This document shows, in pieces, positions 51,958 to 63,030 of a stretch of DNA of 64,000 bases. The notes under the pieces were generated by a model. The model saw nothing but the letters and a program-made list of their open reading frames with translations. It made no database searches and had not been told where the DNA came from. Position numbers and translations under genes: made by a program. Position 1 is the first letter of the stretch, and the number at the start of each line of letters is the position of its first letter. The DNA comes from a virus (Duplodnaviria > Heunggongvirae > Uroviricota > Caudoviricetes), in IMG/VR virus record IMGVR_UViG_3300032318_002198. One strand, written 5' to 3'.

Positions 51958-52932
51958 ATGGCAGCTTTAGATTTTCCGTCAAATCCGAGTACAGGTACAA
52001 TATATGTTGGTGACAATAATGTTACATATACGTTTGACGGGATAAAATGGATGGGACAGGTTGACATAGGTTCTCAAGGATTTCAAGGAATTCCTGGAGT
52101 AACCGGTGCCCAGGGTGCAACAGGGCCAACTGGAGCACAAGGGCTAACTGGCGCCCAGGGAGTGCAAGGTGCAACGGGCGCTCAGGGTGTACAAGGAGCA
52201 ACTGGCACCCAAGGAGTTCAAGGTGCTACCGGTAATTTAGGTGCCCAAGGAGCAACGGGCGCCCAAGGTGCCCAAGGTGCGCAAGGATTCCAAGGTATTC
52301 ATGGGACAGTTGGGGTGCAAGGTGCCCAGGGAGTAACTAACTTTGATTCGTTAACATTTATTTCCGGAACTGGATCTCAGGTAGTAAAAGTATCTAATAC
52401 AGTAACTATATGGTCCACGGCCACGTTACAAAACGTTACTGATTACGGTAATATCACAAATAAAACAATAACAATAACTAACACTACGGAATCATTATCC
52501 ACAAATTCAGGTGCATTAACAGTTTTAGGTGGTATCGGAGTCGGAGGCAATTTAAATATTGCAAAAAATTTAACAATAAATCGTGTTCAAGAATCTTTTG
52601 TTAATATATCTGGTGCTACTGGTGTGGTTGTGCATGATACATCTATATCAAAAATATTCAATCACACTAGCATAGCGAATTCATTTACTGTAAATCTTAG
52701 TAATTTAACTTTAGATTCTGAGTATTCCACAGTTGTAGTATTGTTGTTAAATCAATCTGCTACACCATATACTCCTGTTGGCTTACAGATAAATGGAGTA
52801 TCGAGAACAGTTAAATGGCAAGGTGGATTGCAACCTGTAGGAGTGAGTTCAAGTACAGATGTAATTAGTTACACTATCTTGAATAATGCAGGAACTTATT
52901 CGGTTCTTGGACAATTGGTACCATTTGGATAA
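51958..52932 (+). CDS. collagen-like fibre protein
   Basis: ALDFPSNP N-terminus; GAQ/GAT triplets. Confidence 0.8.
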   Translation: MAALDFPSNPSTGTIYVGDNNVTYTFDGIKWMGQVDIGSQGFQGIPGVTGAQGATGPTGAQGLTGAQGVQGATGAQGVQGATGTQGVQGATGNLGAQGATGAQGAQGAQGFQGIHGTVGVQGAQGVTNFDSLTFISGTGSQVVKVSNTVTIWSTATLQNVTDYGNITNKTITITNTTESLSTNSGALTVLGGIGVGGNLNIAKNLTINRVQESFVNISGATGVVVHDTSISKIFNHTSIANSFTVNLSNLTLDSEYSTVVVLLLNQSATPYTPVGLQINGVSRTVKWQGGLQPVGVSSSTDVISYTILNNAGTYSVLGQLVPFG

Positions 52933-52936
52933 TCTT

Positions 52937-53698
52937 ATGCCGTTTTTATCATCTACTACTGGAACATATGGATATGGAAGAAATTCTGTTGTTGGAACAG
53001 ATATTTTCTATGACCAAACTGAATTGCTATTACACATGGATGGTCAAGACGACCAGGTTTTAATTTTTGATTTTAGTTCGAGAGAAAAGCAAGTAGTAAA
53101 TAACTTTATTGGTGCAAGAATCAAAACAGATCAGTTCAAATTTGGTGGGTCATCTGGATTTTTTAATAATGTTAATTCATATCTAACTGTCACAGACGAA
53201 GCAGCATTTAATTTTTCTACGGGCGATTGGACTGCTGAATTGTTTTGTAGAGTTAATCCCATTGAAACTGACATATTAGTTAATAAAGCCGATGGAGTTG
53301 GATTCTTCGGGTATCAATTAAGAATTGTCGATAATAGATTTTCTGCGAAAGGATATGATAATAATATTTCCCCCAATCCTTTTTTAGCATACGATCTTGG
53401 TAAAGGCCTCGGTCCTATAGTTCAACCAGATGTCTGGTATCATGTAGCAATGTGTCGACAACTATCTAATTTTTACCTATATGTTGATGGAATTTTAGTA
53501 GATTCTGCGGTATCGTCTGCTGTTTTATACAACAGTGTTTCGCCGTTATCTATAGGCGGAACAAGCAATGGCCAGGCATTAACTTCTGGATATATAGATG
53601 AATTAAGGATTACAAAGGGTGTTTGCAGATATCCTAACGGTATTAATTTCCCTGTTCCTACAAAGAGATTTTATGACAAATATTTTGGCCCTGCTTAA
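52937..53698 (+). CDS. LamG/concanavalin-like virion protein
   Basis: LLLHMDG, KFGGSS, WYHVA, LYVDG, GYIDELRITKG. Confidence 0.8.
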   Translation: MPFLSSTTGTYGYGRNSVVGTDIFYDQTELLLHMDGQDDQVLIFDFSSREKQVVNNFIGARIKTDQFKFGGSSGFFNNVNSYLTVTDEAAFNFSTGDWTAELFCRVNPIETDILVNKADGVGFFGYQLRIVDNRFSAKGYDNNISPNPFLAYDLGKGLGPIVQPDVWYHVAMCRQLSNFYLYVDGILVDSAVSSAVLYNSVSPLSIGGTSNGQALTSGYIDELRITKGVCRYPNGINFPVPTKRFYDKYFGPA

Positions 53699-53843
53699 AT
53701 AAAGAATTCAACTAAATAGTTTTATAATGAAAACCACTGACGTTATAAGAAATGTTTTAGATCTAATAGACGGTACAGATTGTGATGTTGAATTGCAATT
53801 TACTACTATTGCAGAACCAGAAGTTAACAATAATGATTAAACA

Positions 53844-54983
53844 ATGACGATCCAATACGTAAACACAGGTACTAGTTCGAATAAAGGTGACGGGGACTCC
53901 ATTCGAATTGCTTTTGGAAAAATTAATTATAATTTCTCACAATTAGCTGGGCTAGTAAGTAATTCCAGCGCCACTATTATTGTTAATTCTTTCCCTCCGC
54001 TTAATCCAGAAGAAGGAACACTTTGGTACGATATTGTCAGCGGACATCTTTATATCTATTATGATAGCACTTGGGTAGATTCTAACCCACCTTCGTCACC
54101 TGGAGCACAAGGTGCCCAAGGGATTCAAGGAATCCCGGGCGCGCCTGATGGTTTCCAAGGAGCTCAGGGATTCCAAGGAGCTCAGGGATTTACAGGGCAT
54201 CAAGGTTTTCAAGGATTTACTGGATTTCAAGGTTTCCAAGGAAGTCAAGGATTCCAAGGAAGTCAAGGTTTCCAAGGAAATCAAGGATTTACTGGATTTC
54301 AAGGTTTCCAAGGAACACAAGGATTTCAAGGTGCTCAAGGTATACAAGGTCGTCAAGGTTTTCAAGGAGCGCAAGGTTTTGACGGATTCCAAGGTATTCA
54401 AGGCGCACAAGGTATACAAGGTCGTCAAGGTATTCAAGGACCTCAAGGTATTCAAGGATCACAGGGATTCCAAGGAAATCAAGGATTTACTGGATTTCAA
54501 GGATTTACTGGATTTCAAGGTTTCCAAGGAAGTCAAGGTATCCAAGGAAGTCAAGGTATCCAAGGAAATCAAGGATTTACTGGATTTCAAGGTTTCCAAG
54601 GAAGTCAAGGATTCCAAGGAAGTCAAGGTATACAAGGAAGTCAAGGTATCCAAGGAAGTCAAGGTTTCCAAGGAAATCAAGGTTCGATCGGTGCACCAGG
54701 TGTAGGCGGCGGAAATATTTCAGGATTTGTTTTAATAAACGGAAACTATGTAATGTCTACTTCAGACGATTGTGTTATAAGCACAGCAACCAGTAGTGTA
54801 ACAGTAACTTTACCAAGTGTGTCAACAGTAAAAAGTTATTATTTTCAAAATTTCAGCACCGCAAGTATGACCTTACAAACAGTTAGTAGCGAATTGATAA
54901 ATAACGATACAAGTTTGATACTGCAATTTAATGAATCTTCATGCAGATTAATATCAAATGGTACAAGATATTTAATTTTCTAA
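53844..54983 (+). CDS. collagen-like fibre protein
   Basis: GDGDSIRIAFGKIN, LWYD; long GxQ repeat. Confidence 0.85.
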   Translation: MTIQYVNTGTSSNKGDGDSIRIAFGKINYNFSQLAGLVSNSSATIIVNSFPPLNPEEGTLWYDIVSGHLYIYYDSTWVDSNPPSSPGAQGAQGIQGIPGAPDGFQGAQGFQGAQGFTGHQGFQGFTGFQGFQGSQGFQGSQGFQGNQGFTGFQGFQGTQGFQGAQGIQGRQGFQGAQGFDGFQGIQGAQGIQGRQGIQGPQGIQGSQGFQGNQGFTGFQGFTGFQGFQGSQGIQGSQGIQGNQGFTGFQGFQGSQGFQGSQGIQGSQGIQGSQGFQGNQGSIGAPGVGGGNISGFVLINGNYVMSTSDDCVISTATSSVTVTLPSVSTVKSYYFQNFSTASMTLQTVSSELINNDTSLILQFNESSCRLISNGTRYLIF

Positions 54984-54996
54984 ATTTGGAGCAATA

Positions 54997-55431
54997 ATGG
55001 CATATTTTGAGCAAACAAAACTTACAGATGCTGCTGGTAATGTAATAAATCCTGCAAAAGAACAAGAGTTATTGGATAGGTCACCGCAGCCAACTACACC
55101 TGGGGTAACAGTCCGTACAGCACCCGGTACTGTTGATGATCAAATAATTTTGTTACGTCGTATTGTTAAATTGTTAGAATCTCAGGCAGCAACTGATACG
55201 GCTCAACGTCAGAGAATTACAGTAGATGCGATTACTGCCGGTACCACATTACCAACAGTAACAACAGTAGGTACAGTAAGTTCTATTACTGCCGGTACAA
55301 TTACTACAGTAGGTACGGTAAGTGTTGTAACAAATATTGCTGCAATAAATGGTTGGAACCAACAAATGTTTGTGGATCCAGCCAGAACTGCATATAATAC
55401 TGGCATAAGAGCACAATTAACATTTGCGTAA
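54997..55431 (+). CDS. Thr-rich structural protein
   Basis: GGAG RBS; TVTTVGTV repeats. Confidence 0.6.
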   Translation: MAYFEQTKLTDAAGNVINPAKEQELLDRSPQPTTPGVTVRTAPGTVDDQIILLRRIVKLLESQAATDTAQRQRITVDAITAGTTLPTVTTVGTVSSITAGTITTVGTVSVVTNIAAINGWNQQMFVDPARTAYNTGIRAQLTFA

Positions 55432-55449
55432 AATTAGGAGCATAAATTC

Positions 55450-58400
55450 ATGGCATTATCGTCAAATCAATTAGTAAAACAAGTAGATCTACCGGTATTT
55501 GAGTGGACCCGTCCACTACCGGTAGTGGGCACAGCTGGCTTATCAGCAACTTGTACAGCAGACAATGCAATATTTCAAGAAACTTCTGGTCGTTACATTT
55601 ATTCTTTATTATCTGCGACTGCTTTTTGGAGATATGATACAATTACAGATACTTATGAGCAATTATCATCTCCGGGCTTAACAGTTCTTACAGCCTCGAG
55701 TATGAAGTTTGCTGGGGCATTGGGCTATTACGGTAGAGTAATTAGTGCTGGGTCAAATACAATGTTTACTGGATTACCTTTTGGTAAACAGGCAATAGGT
55801 TATAGAATTAGAATAATCTCAGGCACTGGCGTAGGACAAGAACGTTTAATTACAGATGTTTCTGATCCTATAATTGCAGATTTTGGCGGTGCGACCGCAG
55901 GATCGGCTCTTAATCTAACTGATACAACCAAAGATTGGGGACGAGGCGCTACTGGCGGAACTACAAACCTAAATAACTGGGTAGGATATGTAGTACGTAC
56001 AATTAGCGGTACCGGTTTAAATCAAGTTCGTAAAATTCTTTATAACACAAACCAACTTTTAACTATAGCTGATACATCATTATATTCAATTGATACGTGG
56101 TGTATACCATTGCAGGGCGGTCTTGCTCCTACTGCTGGTACAGCAGGATGGCTTGCACCAGCTGCTGGTACATTATATCAAATTGAAGCATCAACTATTA
56201 CTGTAGATACTCCTTGGACAATACAACCAGATAATACTACAAGATACATTATTCAAAGCGGTGGGATATGGTTATCATCCGGAGCTACTGTAGCTAACGG
56301 TGGTGTAACTATGCAATACTATAGTGTATTAGAAGACATTTGGTATGCAAAAAGTATTCAAAATAATATGATTCCTACGTTATTAACTGAAAATAATACC
56401 GAGCGTATCACTGAAAATTCTACTATATGGTGGACAGGAGTAGCCTCTACTGGTACTACTACAACACTTACCGATCCCAATGCAAATTGGATAGTAAATC
56501 AATGGGTTGGATATGAACTGTTTATTTGGTCTGGTACAGGAAGAAGCCAAATAACTGATATTGTTAGTAATACTGCTAATGTATTAACATTCTCTACTTT
56601 AGCTACAGGATTAGATTCTACCAGTAGATATAACATTGTGGGATATGACGGTGGACTATTAACTTCAACTCTTGGTAGAGTCATTACGGATAACACAAAA
56701 TCTTGGCCAGTTGATCGTTGGAAAAATTATGTGGTACGTATAATCGGCGGTACCGGTGACGGCCAAAAAAATCAAATTTTAAGTAACGGATCTAATTCCT
56801 TGGTGGTATACGATACATGGACAGTACAACCGGACAATACATCTATATATGCAATCACTGGACATTCGTCAGATATGTTTATAAATCTCGGAGGTAATGC
56901 TCAGATGTTTTTATATCGTGCCGAAGATTGTGATATGCTTTCGCATAATCGTATTTTTGACGAAGGAACAATACAAGCAGCATGTGCATTATTGGTAGAC
57001 GGAGGGTCAACATCTACTCACAGAGTGTCTGATCAAAGACCGACTCCAATTACATCACTTGCAGGTACAACAACTATAACAGCAACAACACCTATATCAC
57101 ATCAATTTAAAACCGGACAATGGGTTTCTGTTAGAGGTGTTACATCAGCAGCCGCTGACATGTATAACGTAACAGGTAAAGTTCAAATAGCCTCAGTTCC
57201 GTCAACTACAACATTTACATATGTTCCGTTTGCTGCCGGTAGTGGTACATATCAATATTCTAATAACGTAACCATTAGCACAACAGTTCTACCCGATGCT
57301 TCAAAATATCATGCCGACTTAGCAACAGGTGGATCTACAACTTCGGTTACTTTCACCAGAGCGCAACCTAGTAATATAACTGGTTGGTACGTTTATGGAA
57401 CCAACATAGCAGCAGGCGCGCAAGTGCAAAGTGGTGCAGGAACAACTTCTCTTACACTTAATTTAACTGGTGCAGGAACACCCAGTGGAACTATTGAATT
57501 TAGTAAATGGCCAAAACCTGTTACTATTGGTACAGGTGGTGGCGGTGGTGCAGGTGTCTTTACATGTACTATAGGTTCGGCATTGCCTGCGTATTGTAAA
57601 GGATGGTTAGTTACAGGAACAGGTATAGCAATAGGAGCAATCGTAACAGGTGGTGAAGGTACAACCACTATTAGTTTATCGTTGCCATGTACTGGTGCAG
57701 TATCTGGTACAATAACTTTTAGTAGTCCGTTAAATAATATGTTACCAGTGTCTGGAACATATAGTTCCGGTACAGGAACTTCGATTACGTTAACTGCGCC
57801 TACTCCTTCGTACATAACAAATTGGTTTGTAAGTGGTACAAATATTTCTAATGGAACGGTTGTTACTGGCAGTGCTGGTAGTTCTACAATTGCATTATCA
57901 TTGCCGACAAGTGGTACACCTAGTGGAACAATAACTTTTTATCCTCCTAGTGTTTCACCGTCAGTTATATATGCATCTACTGTTGCTCCGGTTGTGGCTG
58001 CAACTGGTGTATTAACAACTGGCACTCAGATGCAATTAGTTGCTCAAAATACATCAAACGGTAGTATAATGACTCCGATTTCTGCAATGGTTGGCGGCGG
58101 TGCAGTAGCTATGGTTCCTGGAGTTTCTCGATACATTATTACAAAACGAGATATAATTGGCCAACAGTATGATCAACAGAATTTATATCTATCAGGTACC
58201 GCAACTGGAGGCAGTACAACCACATTGGTTGACGGTTCTGCTTTCTGGGCAACAGCCACGGGTTCTGGTGCAGCAGGAGGTACAACTTTAACATTATCGG
58301 CACCTGGTTCGTATATTCACAATGGGTGGTATGTAGCCGGTACTGGTATAACTCTTGGTTCTAGAGTAATAAGTGGTGGCGGTACAACCTCGATAGTTGT

Positions 58401-59040
58401 CGATCAACCATTTTCTACTACAGTATCTGGTACAATAACTTTCACGGCATGGACTGCGCAGAATCTCATTAATAGAAGATTAAGAATATTAAGTGGTGCC
58501 ACAGGCTTAAATCAAGATTTGGCAATAACGGCCGTAACACCTGCGTCTGGAACCATAACTTTTGTTACAGCAACAGCACCGGTTAATAACGTTTCTGCAT
58601 ATGCAATATTACCAGCAATAACCCCAGGTGCAGGTTCTTATATACAATGGCAAAGTGATAGTTCTGTTAGTAATAATCGAGGAAGATTTATCTTCCGTGT
58701 TCGCGGAGGCGCAGCAGCAGGTATAGATAAATTTGATGTAACCTCAGATGAATTTATACCGATGTATACTGTACCGTTTAACGAAACTCTTGGTGCAGGA
58801 AGTCAATTTGCATATGACGGGTATGATAGAATATATTTTACAAAAGACGTCACAAACCGTTTGTATTATTTAGATTTAAAAACAAACACAGTACACGGTT
58901 CAGGCCTTATTCCTTATCTAGCAGGTACTGCCGGTATTGGAAATCTAATGGAAATATTTAAAACAGTTGACGGTTTAAAATATCTATGGGTTGTTCGTAA
59001 AGCCAACGTTGAAACTTTCCGTCAATTATTGTTTTATTAA
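55450..59040 (+). CDS. large Gly/Thr-rich tail fibre/spike-like protein
   Basis: 1196 aa with repeated GWxVxGTxI modules; AGGAG RBS. Confidence 0.75.
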   Translation: MALSSNQLVKQVDLPVFEWTRPLPVVGTAGLSATCTADNAIFQETSGRYIYSLLSATAFWRYDTITDTYEQLSSPGLTVLTASSMKFAGALGYYGRVISAGSNTMFTGLPFGKQAIGYRIRIISGTGVGQERLITDVSDPIIADFGGATAGSALNLTDTTKDWGRGATGGTTNLNNWVGYVVRTISGTGLNQVRKILYNTNQLLTIADTSLYSIDTWCIPLQGGLAPTAGTAGWLAPAAGTLYQIEASTITVDTPWTIQPDNTTRYIIQSGGIWLSSGATVANGGVTMQYYSVLEDIWYAKSIQNNMIPTLLTENNTERITENSTIWWTGVASTGTTTTLTDPNANWIVNQWVGYELFIWSGTGRSQITDIVSNTANVLTFSTLATGLDSTSRYNIVGYDGGLLTSTLGRVITDNTKSWPVDRWKNYVVRIIGGTGDGQKNQILSNGSNSLVVYDTWTVQPDNTSIYAITGHSSDMFINLGGNAQMFLYRAEDCDMLSHNRIFDEGTIQAACALLVDGGSTSTHRVSDQRPTPITSLAGTTTITATTPISHQFKTGQWVSVRGVTSAAADMYNVTGKVQIASVPSTTTFTYVPFAAGSGTYQYSNNVTISTTVLPDASKYHADLATGGSTTSVTFTRAQPSNITGWYVYGTNIAAGAQVQSGAGTTSLTLNLTGAGTPSGTIEFSKWPKPVTIGTGGGGGAGVFTCTIGSALPAYCKGWLVTGTGIAIGAIVTGGEGTTTISLSLPCTGAVSGTITFSSPLNNMLPVSGTYSSGTGTSITLTAPTPSYITNWFVSGTNISNGTVVTGSAGSSTIALSLPTSGTPSGTITFYPPSVSPSVIYASTVAPVVAATGVLTTGTQMQLVAQNTSNGSIMTPISAMVGGGAVAMVPGVSRYIITKRDIIGQQYDQQNLYLSGTATGGSTTTLVDGSAFWATATGSGAAGGTTLTLSAPGSYIHNGWYVAGTGITLGSRVISGGGTTSIVVDQPFSTTVSGTITFTAWTAQNLINRRLRILSGATGLNQDLAITAVTPASGTITFVTATAPVNNVSAYAILPAITPGAGSYIQWQSDSSVSNNRGRFIFRVRGGAAAGIDKFDVTSDEFIPMYTVPFNETLGAGSQFAYDGYDRIYFTKDVTNRLYYLDLKTNTVHGSGLIPYLAGTAGIGNLMEIFKTVDGLKYLWVVRKANVETFRQLLFY

Positions 59041-59057
59041 AATATTTGGAGTTATTA

Positions 59058-59228
59058 ATGAAAATTCAAGAATTATTGATTATATTACAAAACAGATTAA
59101 TAGCTTTAACCGAGGCACGAAAATCGGCATTGGCTGCTGGAGATCCTGAGAAAATCGTACAGATAGAAAATGATTTATTAACTACCGATATAAGTATTAA
59201 TCAGATTAAAAGAATGTTAGATACTTAA
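59058..59228 (+). CDS. small coiled-coil protein
   Basis: GGAG RBS; follows the fibre gene. Confidence 0.5.
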   Translation: MKIQELLIILQNRLIALTEARKSALAAGDPEKIVQIENDLLTTDISINQIKRMLDT

Positions 59229-59252
59229 ATAGATAGCTAATAAAGTCTATAA

Positions 59253-61040
59253 ATGACTCGATACGATAACAGCACTGCTTATGAACATCCTCAGGAGAGC
59301 AATCTCCTGAATATTCATAAAGTAATGCAATACAATGCAATAGGGCAACCTGTTGCTCGTGTTCACGTTGACGGTATTACGCTTGAAGGTGATGTCATTG
59401 TTGATACTGTTAATCTAAGCAGCTCAACGTTGGCTGCATTAGAAACTATAAATGTAATTCAAAGTAGCACACCGTGGAACATAACTGGCAGTGTAGTTGT
59501 TAGTAACTTTCCAACTACAAGCACAGTATATCAAGGAACTATACCCTGGAACATAACTGGTAGCGTAGTAGCAAGCAATTTTACATCAACGGTTCGAATT
59601 GCAAATACTATTAGTATATCTAATACCAGCATTGCCGTAACAAACTTTCCTACCACCTCCACAGTATTCCAAGGTACAACACCGTGGAACATAACTGGCA
59701 CAGTGGTTATTTCAAGTCTACCAGAAGTAGAGATTAAAAACGATAGTGGTAATCCCATACCCGTTAGTGGTAATATAACTGCTACCATTGTAGGAACAGT
59801 GACTTCTACTGTAGTAGATGGTGCCGCTGATGCTTTTGGCAGACTACGAGTTAGTGAAGCATTTACATTGGGTGATTACAAACATACTTATGGCATCGAT
59901 CCTAACTTTAAGGACACATTGTCTAACGGTGGAACGGTGACACACCTTACCAATCAAGCAGCCGCAAGATTAACTACCACTAACAATACCAGCAGTCGTG
60001 CCATTCATCAGACTAAAATGTATCACAACTATATGCCTGGTAAGAGCCAACTGATTAAAAGCACTATAAACTTTTATAGTGCCACTACCAATGTTACTAA
60101 ACGCACTGGTTATTATGATGACTTAAATGGCATTTATTTTGAACAAACGGGAACAGGTGAGTTGGCATTTGTCATTAGAACTGACACTAGCGGTACAGCT
60201 AGCGATGTTCGCAGAGCAATACAATCATCTTGGAACAAGGATCGCTGTGATGGCACAGGAGCCAGCGGGTTCAACTTAGACATAACTAAAACACAGATTT
60301 TCTTTACAGATTTTCAATGGTTGGGTGTGGGTCGTGTTCGCTGTGGATTCGTTCACAATGGACAAATGATTGTAGCACACGAGTTTTATAACAGCAATAA
60401 CTTGTCTACAGTCTATATGAGTAATCCCAACTTGCCCATACGCTGTGAAATATTAAACACAGGTGTTACTGCTGGAGGATACTTTGATCAAATCTGTAGC
60501 ACAGTGGTGTCGGAAGGTGGCTATATAGAAAGCGGTATTGACTTTAGCGTAGACTCTGGACAGACATCACAAAGTATTACAGTAGCAAATGGTATGTATC
60601 CTATTGTAGCCATTAGATTAAAAAACACCTTTAGAGGTTATCCCAACAGAGTTATGGTGCGTTCAGGCAACATCAATGTCTATGCTGAAGAATTTCCAGC
60701 ATACTGGGCAGTGTTCAAACTGTCCGATCTAAGTGCTATCACTTTATCCAGTTCCACGTGGATTTCTGCCAATTCTGAATCAGCAGTAGAATACAATCTC
60801 AGTGCCACTGCATTTACGGGTGGTGATAGACTTGATGGTGGTATTGTGGGCACAACTAGTCCCGGAGGCTCTGCTAAAGGTACAGGTACAGCACCAGTGA
60901 ATCAACCTAGTAATGCTAAAAAGAATTTTATCGCACAGAATCAAAACAGTACCGACAGCGAAATCTATTTAGTTTGCGGTAAGGCTATTGGAGGAACTAG
61001 TGAGTTGTGGGTTGACTTTCAATGGCGAGAAATTTATTAA
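59253..61040 (+). CDS. virion structural protein
   Basis: QGTxPWNITG repeats; DAFGRLRVS..YMPGKS..FQWLGVG. Confidence 0.7.
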   Translation: MTRYDNSTAYEHPQESNLLNIHKVMQYNAIGQPVARVHVDGITLEGDVIVDTVNLSSSTLAALETINVIQSSTPWNITGSVVVSNFPTTSTVYQGTIPWNITGSVVASNFTSTVRIANTISISNTSIAVTNFPTTSTVFQGTTPWNITGTVVISSLPEVEIKNDSGNPIPVSGNITATIVGTVTSTVVDGAADAFGRLRVSEAFTLGDYKHTYGIDPNFKDTLSNGGTVTHLTNQAAARLTTTNNTSSRAIHQTKMYHNYMPGKSQLIKSTINFYSATTNVTKRTGYYDDLNGIYFEQTGTGELAFVIRTDTSGTASDVRRAIQSSWNKDRCDGTGASGFNLDITKTQIFFTDFQWLGVGRVRCGFVHNGQMIVAHEFYNSNNLSTVYMSNPNLPIRCEILNTGVTAGGYFDQICSTVVSEGGYIESGIDFSVDSGQTSQSITVANGMYPIVAIRLKNTFRGYPNRVMVRSGNINVYAEEFPAYWAVFKLSDLSAITLSSSTWISANSESAVEYNLSATAFTGGDRLDGGIVGTTSPGGSAKGTGTAPVNQPSNAKKNFIAQNQNSTDSEIYLVCGKAIGGTSELWVDFQWREIY

Positions 61041-61116
61041 GGGCATATATAGGTAAGTTGACAAAACATGATAGTTTGTATATAATGTATTTTTCGTAAT
61101 CTAGGTAAATAAGCAT

Positions 61117-61299
61117 ATGAAAATCAATGAAGTTGCCAACATCGAAGCAGAAGAACTGTTTGAATCTTTGAAAAGTGACACTGAACAACCTTTCTCCGAA
61201 GAAACGCTAAAAGAGATTAGCAATGTTGTTGCCAATACTAAATTTCATCCTCCATTAACGACTATGGAAGAAATTGATAAATGGCTTGATTCCTTGTAA
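61117..61299 (+). CDS. putative DinJ/RelB-like antitoxin (C-terminal part only)
   Basis: acidic 60 aa; PFSEETLKEI..TMEEIDKWLDSL; directly upstream of the toxin-like gene. Confidence 0.45.
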   Translation: MKINEVANIEAEELFESLKSDTEQPFSEETLKEISNVVANTKFHPPLTTMEEIDKWLDSL

Positions 61300-61300
61300 T

Positions 61301-62041
61301 ATGAATAAAACTTTAAATGTATCCAGGGCTATTGGTTTCGATGAAACTTTTGACCAACATTCAAGGATAAAAGATAAGTTACTAAATAAGTTTCGCGAGT
61401 TTGTTAAGTGGAAACTGAAATATCCGTCAAACGGAAGCGGTGGAGGAATGCCCGGATTCGGACCCAAAGATTATCAATTTTCGCCTCAAGGTCCGTTTGG
61501 CAAAGGAGTCAAAAATATCGCGCATGCTCATCTAGACAGTGATGTGAGTATAATCTATAGAATAGTTGATAGTACACTCTATGTATATGGCGTATTTGCT
61601 CACAAAGAATTAGGAACCACCGATTCTCCTAATATAAGATTACAACAGAGAATGGCGACCCGCTTTGATAATTCAAATTTTGAACCTCTAAATATAGATG
61701 CACTAGATAACACACTAGAAAATCCTCCTACTGTTGCTGCTCCTGCTCAACAAAAAAATTATAAATCGACAGTTGATCCACGATATACTCCAAGAGTAAA
61801 ACAAGCTCCGCAACAATCGAATAGATCCAAAATGTTATCGGCGGTAAAAACAGCAGATTCTATATTTCCACAACGACAACTATATCAAAAAATATCAAAC
61901 GCACAAGATATTGATTCTATTAAAAGAATTATACAAATAGAAGGAAATATGATAAAGTCGATGATACAAGATAGAACTGCTAGTTCATTACATCGATCTT
62001 ATTTCGACGCATTAAAAGAAATAGTAAAATTTTTAGAATAA
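61301..62041 (+). CDS. YafQ/RelE-like mRNase domain with C-terminal extension
   Basis: KDYQF..HAHLDSDVSIIYRI..GVFAHKELG resembles the YafQ C-terminal half. Confidence 0.55.
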   Translation: MNKTLNVSRAIGFDETFDQHSRIKDKLLNKFREFVKWKLKYPSNGSGGGMPGFGPKDYQFSPQGPFGKGVKNIAHAHLDSDVSIIYRIVDSTLYVYGVFAHKELGTTDSPNIRLQQRMATRFDNSNFEPLNIDALDNTLENPPTVAAPAQQKNYKSTVDPRYTPRVKQAPQQSNRSKMLSAVKTADSIFPQRQLYQKISNAQDIDSIKRIIQIEGNMIKSMIQDRTASSLHRSYFDALKEIVKFLE

Positions 62042-62067
62042 ATATTGCTTTCTATTGAGAGTGATAA

Positions 62068-62508
62068 ATGAAATTCATAATAACTATATGTCTCGCTTTA
62101 CTGTGCAATAACTTACTTCATGCACAACCTAAACAACCAAACGGTGTAATATACGACTTTACAGTCACAAGAATAATCGACGGTGATACTGTTGCATTTC
62201 GAGCACCATTTTTGCCGGATCCTCTCAAAAAAGAATTAAGCATTAGAGTATATGGTGTAGATACTCCCGAAAAAGGATTCAGAGCAAAATGCCCTCAAGA
62301 AGCACAACGGGGTGAAATGGCATCAGCATTCACCCGTCAACAAATAGCTTCGGCTACTAGGATCCAAGTAGTATTAATGGATTGGGATAAATACGGTGGT
62401 AGAGTATTAGGTGATCTATTAATTGATGGACGTAGTTTACGTCAAATGTTAATACAAAATGGATTTGCTAGGGAATATTATGGAGAAGCAAAAACAAGCT
62501 GGTGCTGA
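62068..62508 (+). CDS. thermonuclease (SNase-like) with signal peptide
   Basis: IIDGDT, IRVYGVDTPE, DKYGGRVLG, NGFAREY. Confidence 0.88.
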   Translation: MKFIITICLALLCNNLLHAQPKQPNGVIYDFTVTRIIDGDTVAFRAPFLPDPLKKELSIRVYGVDTPEKGFRAKCPQEAQRGEMASAFTRQQIASATRIQVVLMDWDKYGGRVLGDLLIDGRSLRQMLIQNGFAREYYGEAKTSWC

Positions 62509-62644
62509 TAATCTAGGTGTTATGTTCCATTTATATCATATTATATGGATCATAGCATTAGTAGCAATATTTGCATTCTTAGACTTGTGGATAGCATTGC
62601 TTATTGTTTCTTTATTAGGCGGATATTTTATTTGGAAATATTAA

Positions 62645-62728
62645 CCACACTTAGGACCGTTGAACTTATGTGTGTTTATGGCGGCTGCTGCTAGTTCTAC
62701 ATTAACGCCATTCTGTAGACAAAGTGAG
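62645..62728 (+). ncRNA. candidate structured RNA with pseudoknot
   Basis: several short complementary pairs in an intergenic stretch (see findings). Confidence 0.35.
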
Positions 62729-62750
62729 CATTAATGCTAAATATTTAATT

Positions 62751-63020
62751 ATGAGAGCATCAGAATTTTTAAGATCACTAGCAGATACATTGGCTGGGTT
62801 AGAAGATGGCGTAGAATTTTCTAACCCAGCCCCTTCTTCTAAAATTGACGATAATGTCGGAGAATATACTCCGCCCTTACAAGCAAAAATAGAAATTCTA
62901 AAAAAAGCCAATAATATTACAAGTGTATACGATAAAAACGATAATACAGCATCTCAAAACACAGGATCCAATCATATAACTAACTTGGAAGACATTGACG
63001 ACGGTCCATTTGAAGGTTAA
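62751..63020 (+). CDS. small late protein
   Basis: MRASEFL; PPLQAKIEILKK; TAAATA 7 nt upstream. Confidence 0.6.
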   Translation: MRASEFLRSLADTLAGLEDGVEFSNPAPSSKIDDNVGEYTPPLQAKIEILKKANNITSVYDKNDNTASQNTGSNHITNLEDIDDGPFEG

Positions 63021-63030
63021 GGAGTAATTC

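Noticed and set aside
54096-54705. ORFs 54112..54705 (+), 54096..54455 (-) and 54459..54680 (-)
   Set aside because: Alternative frames of the collagen repeat.
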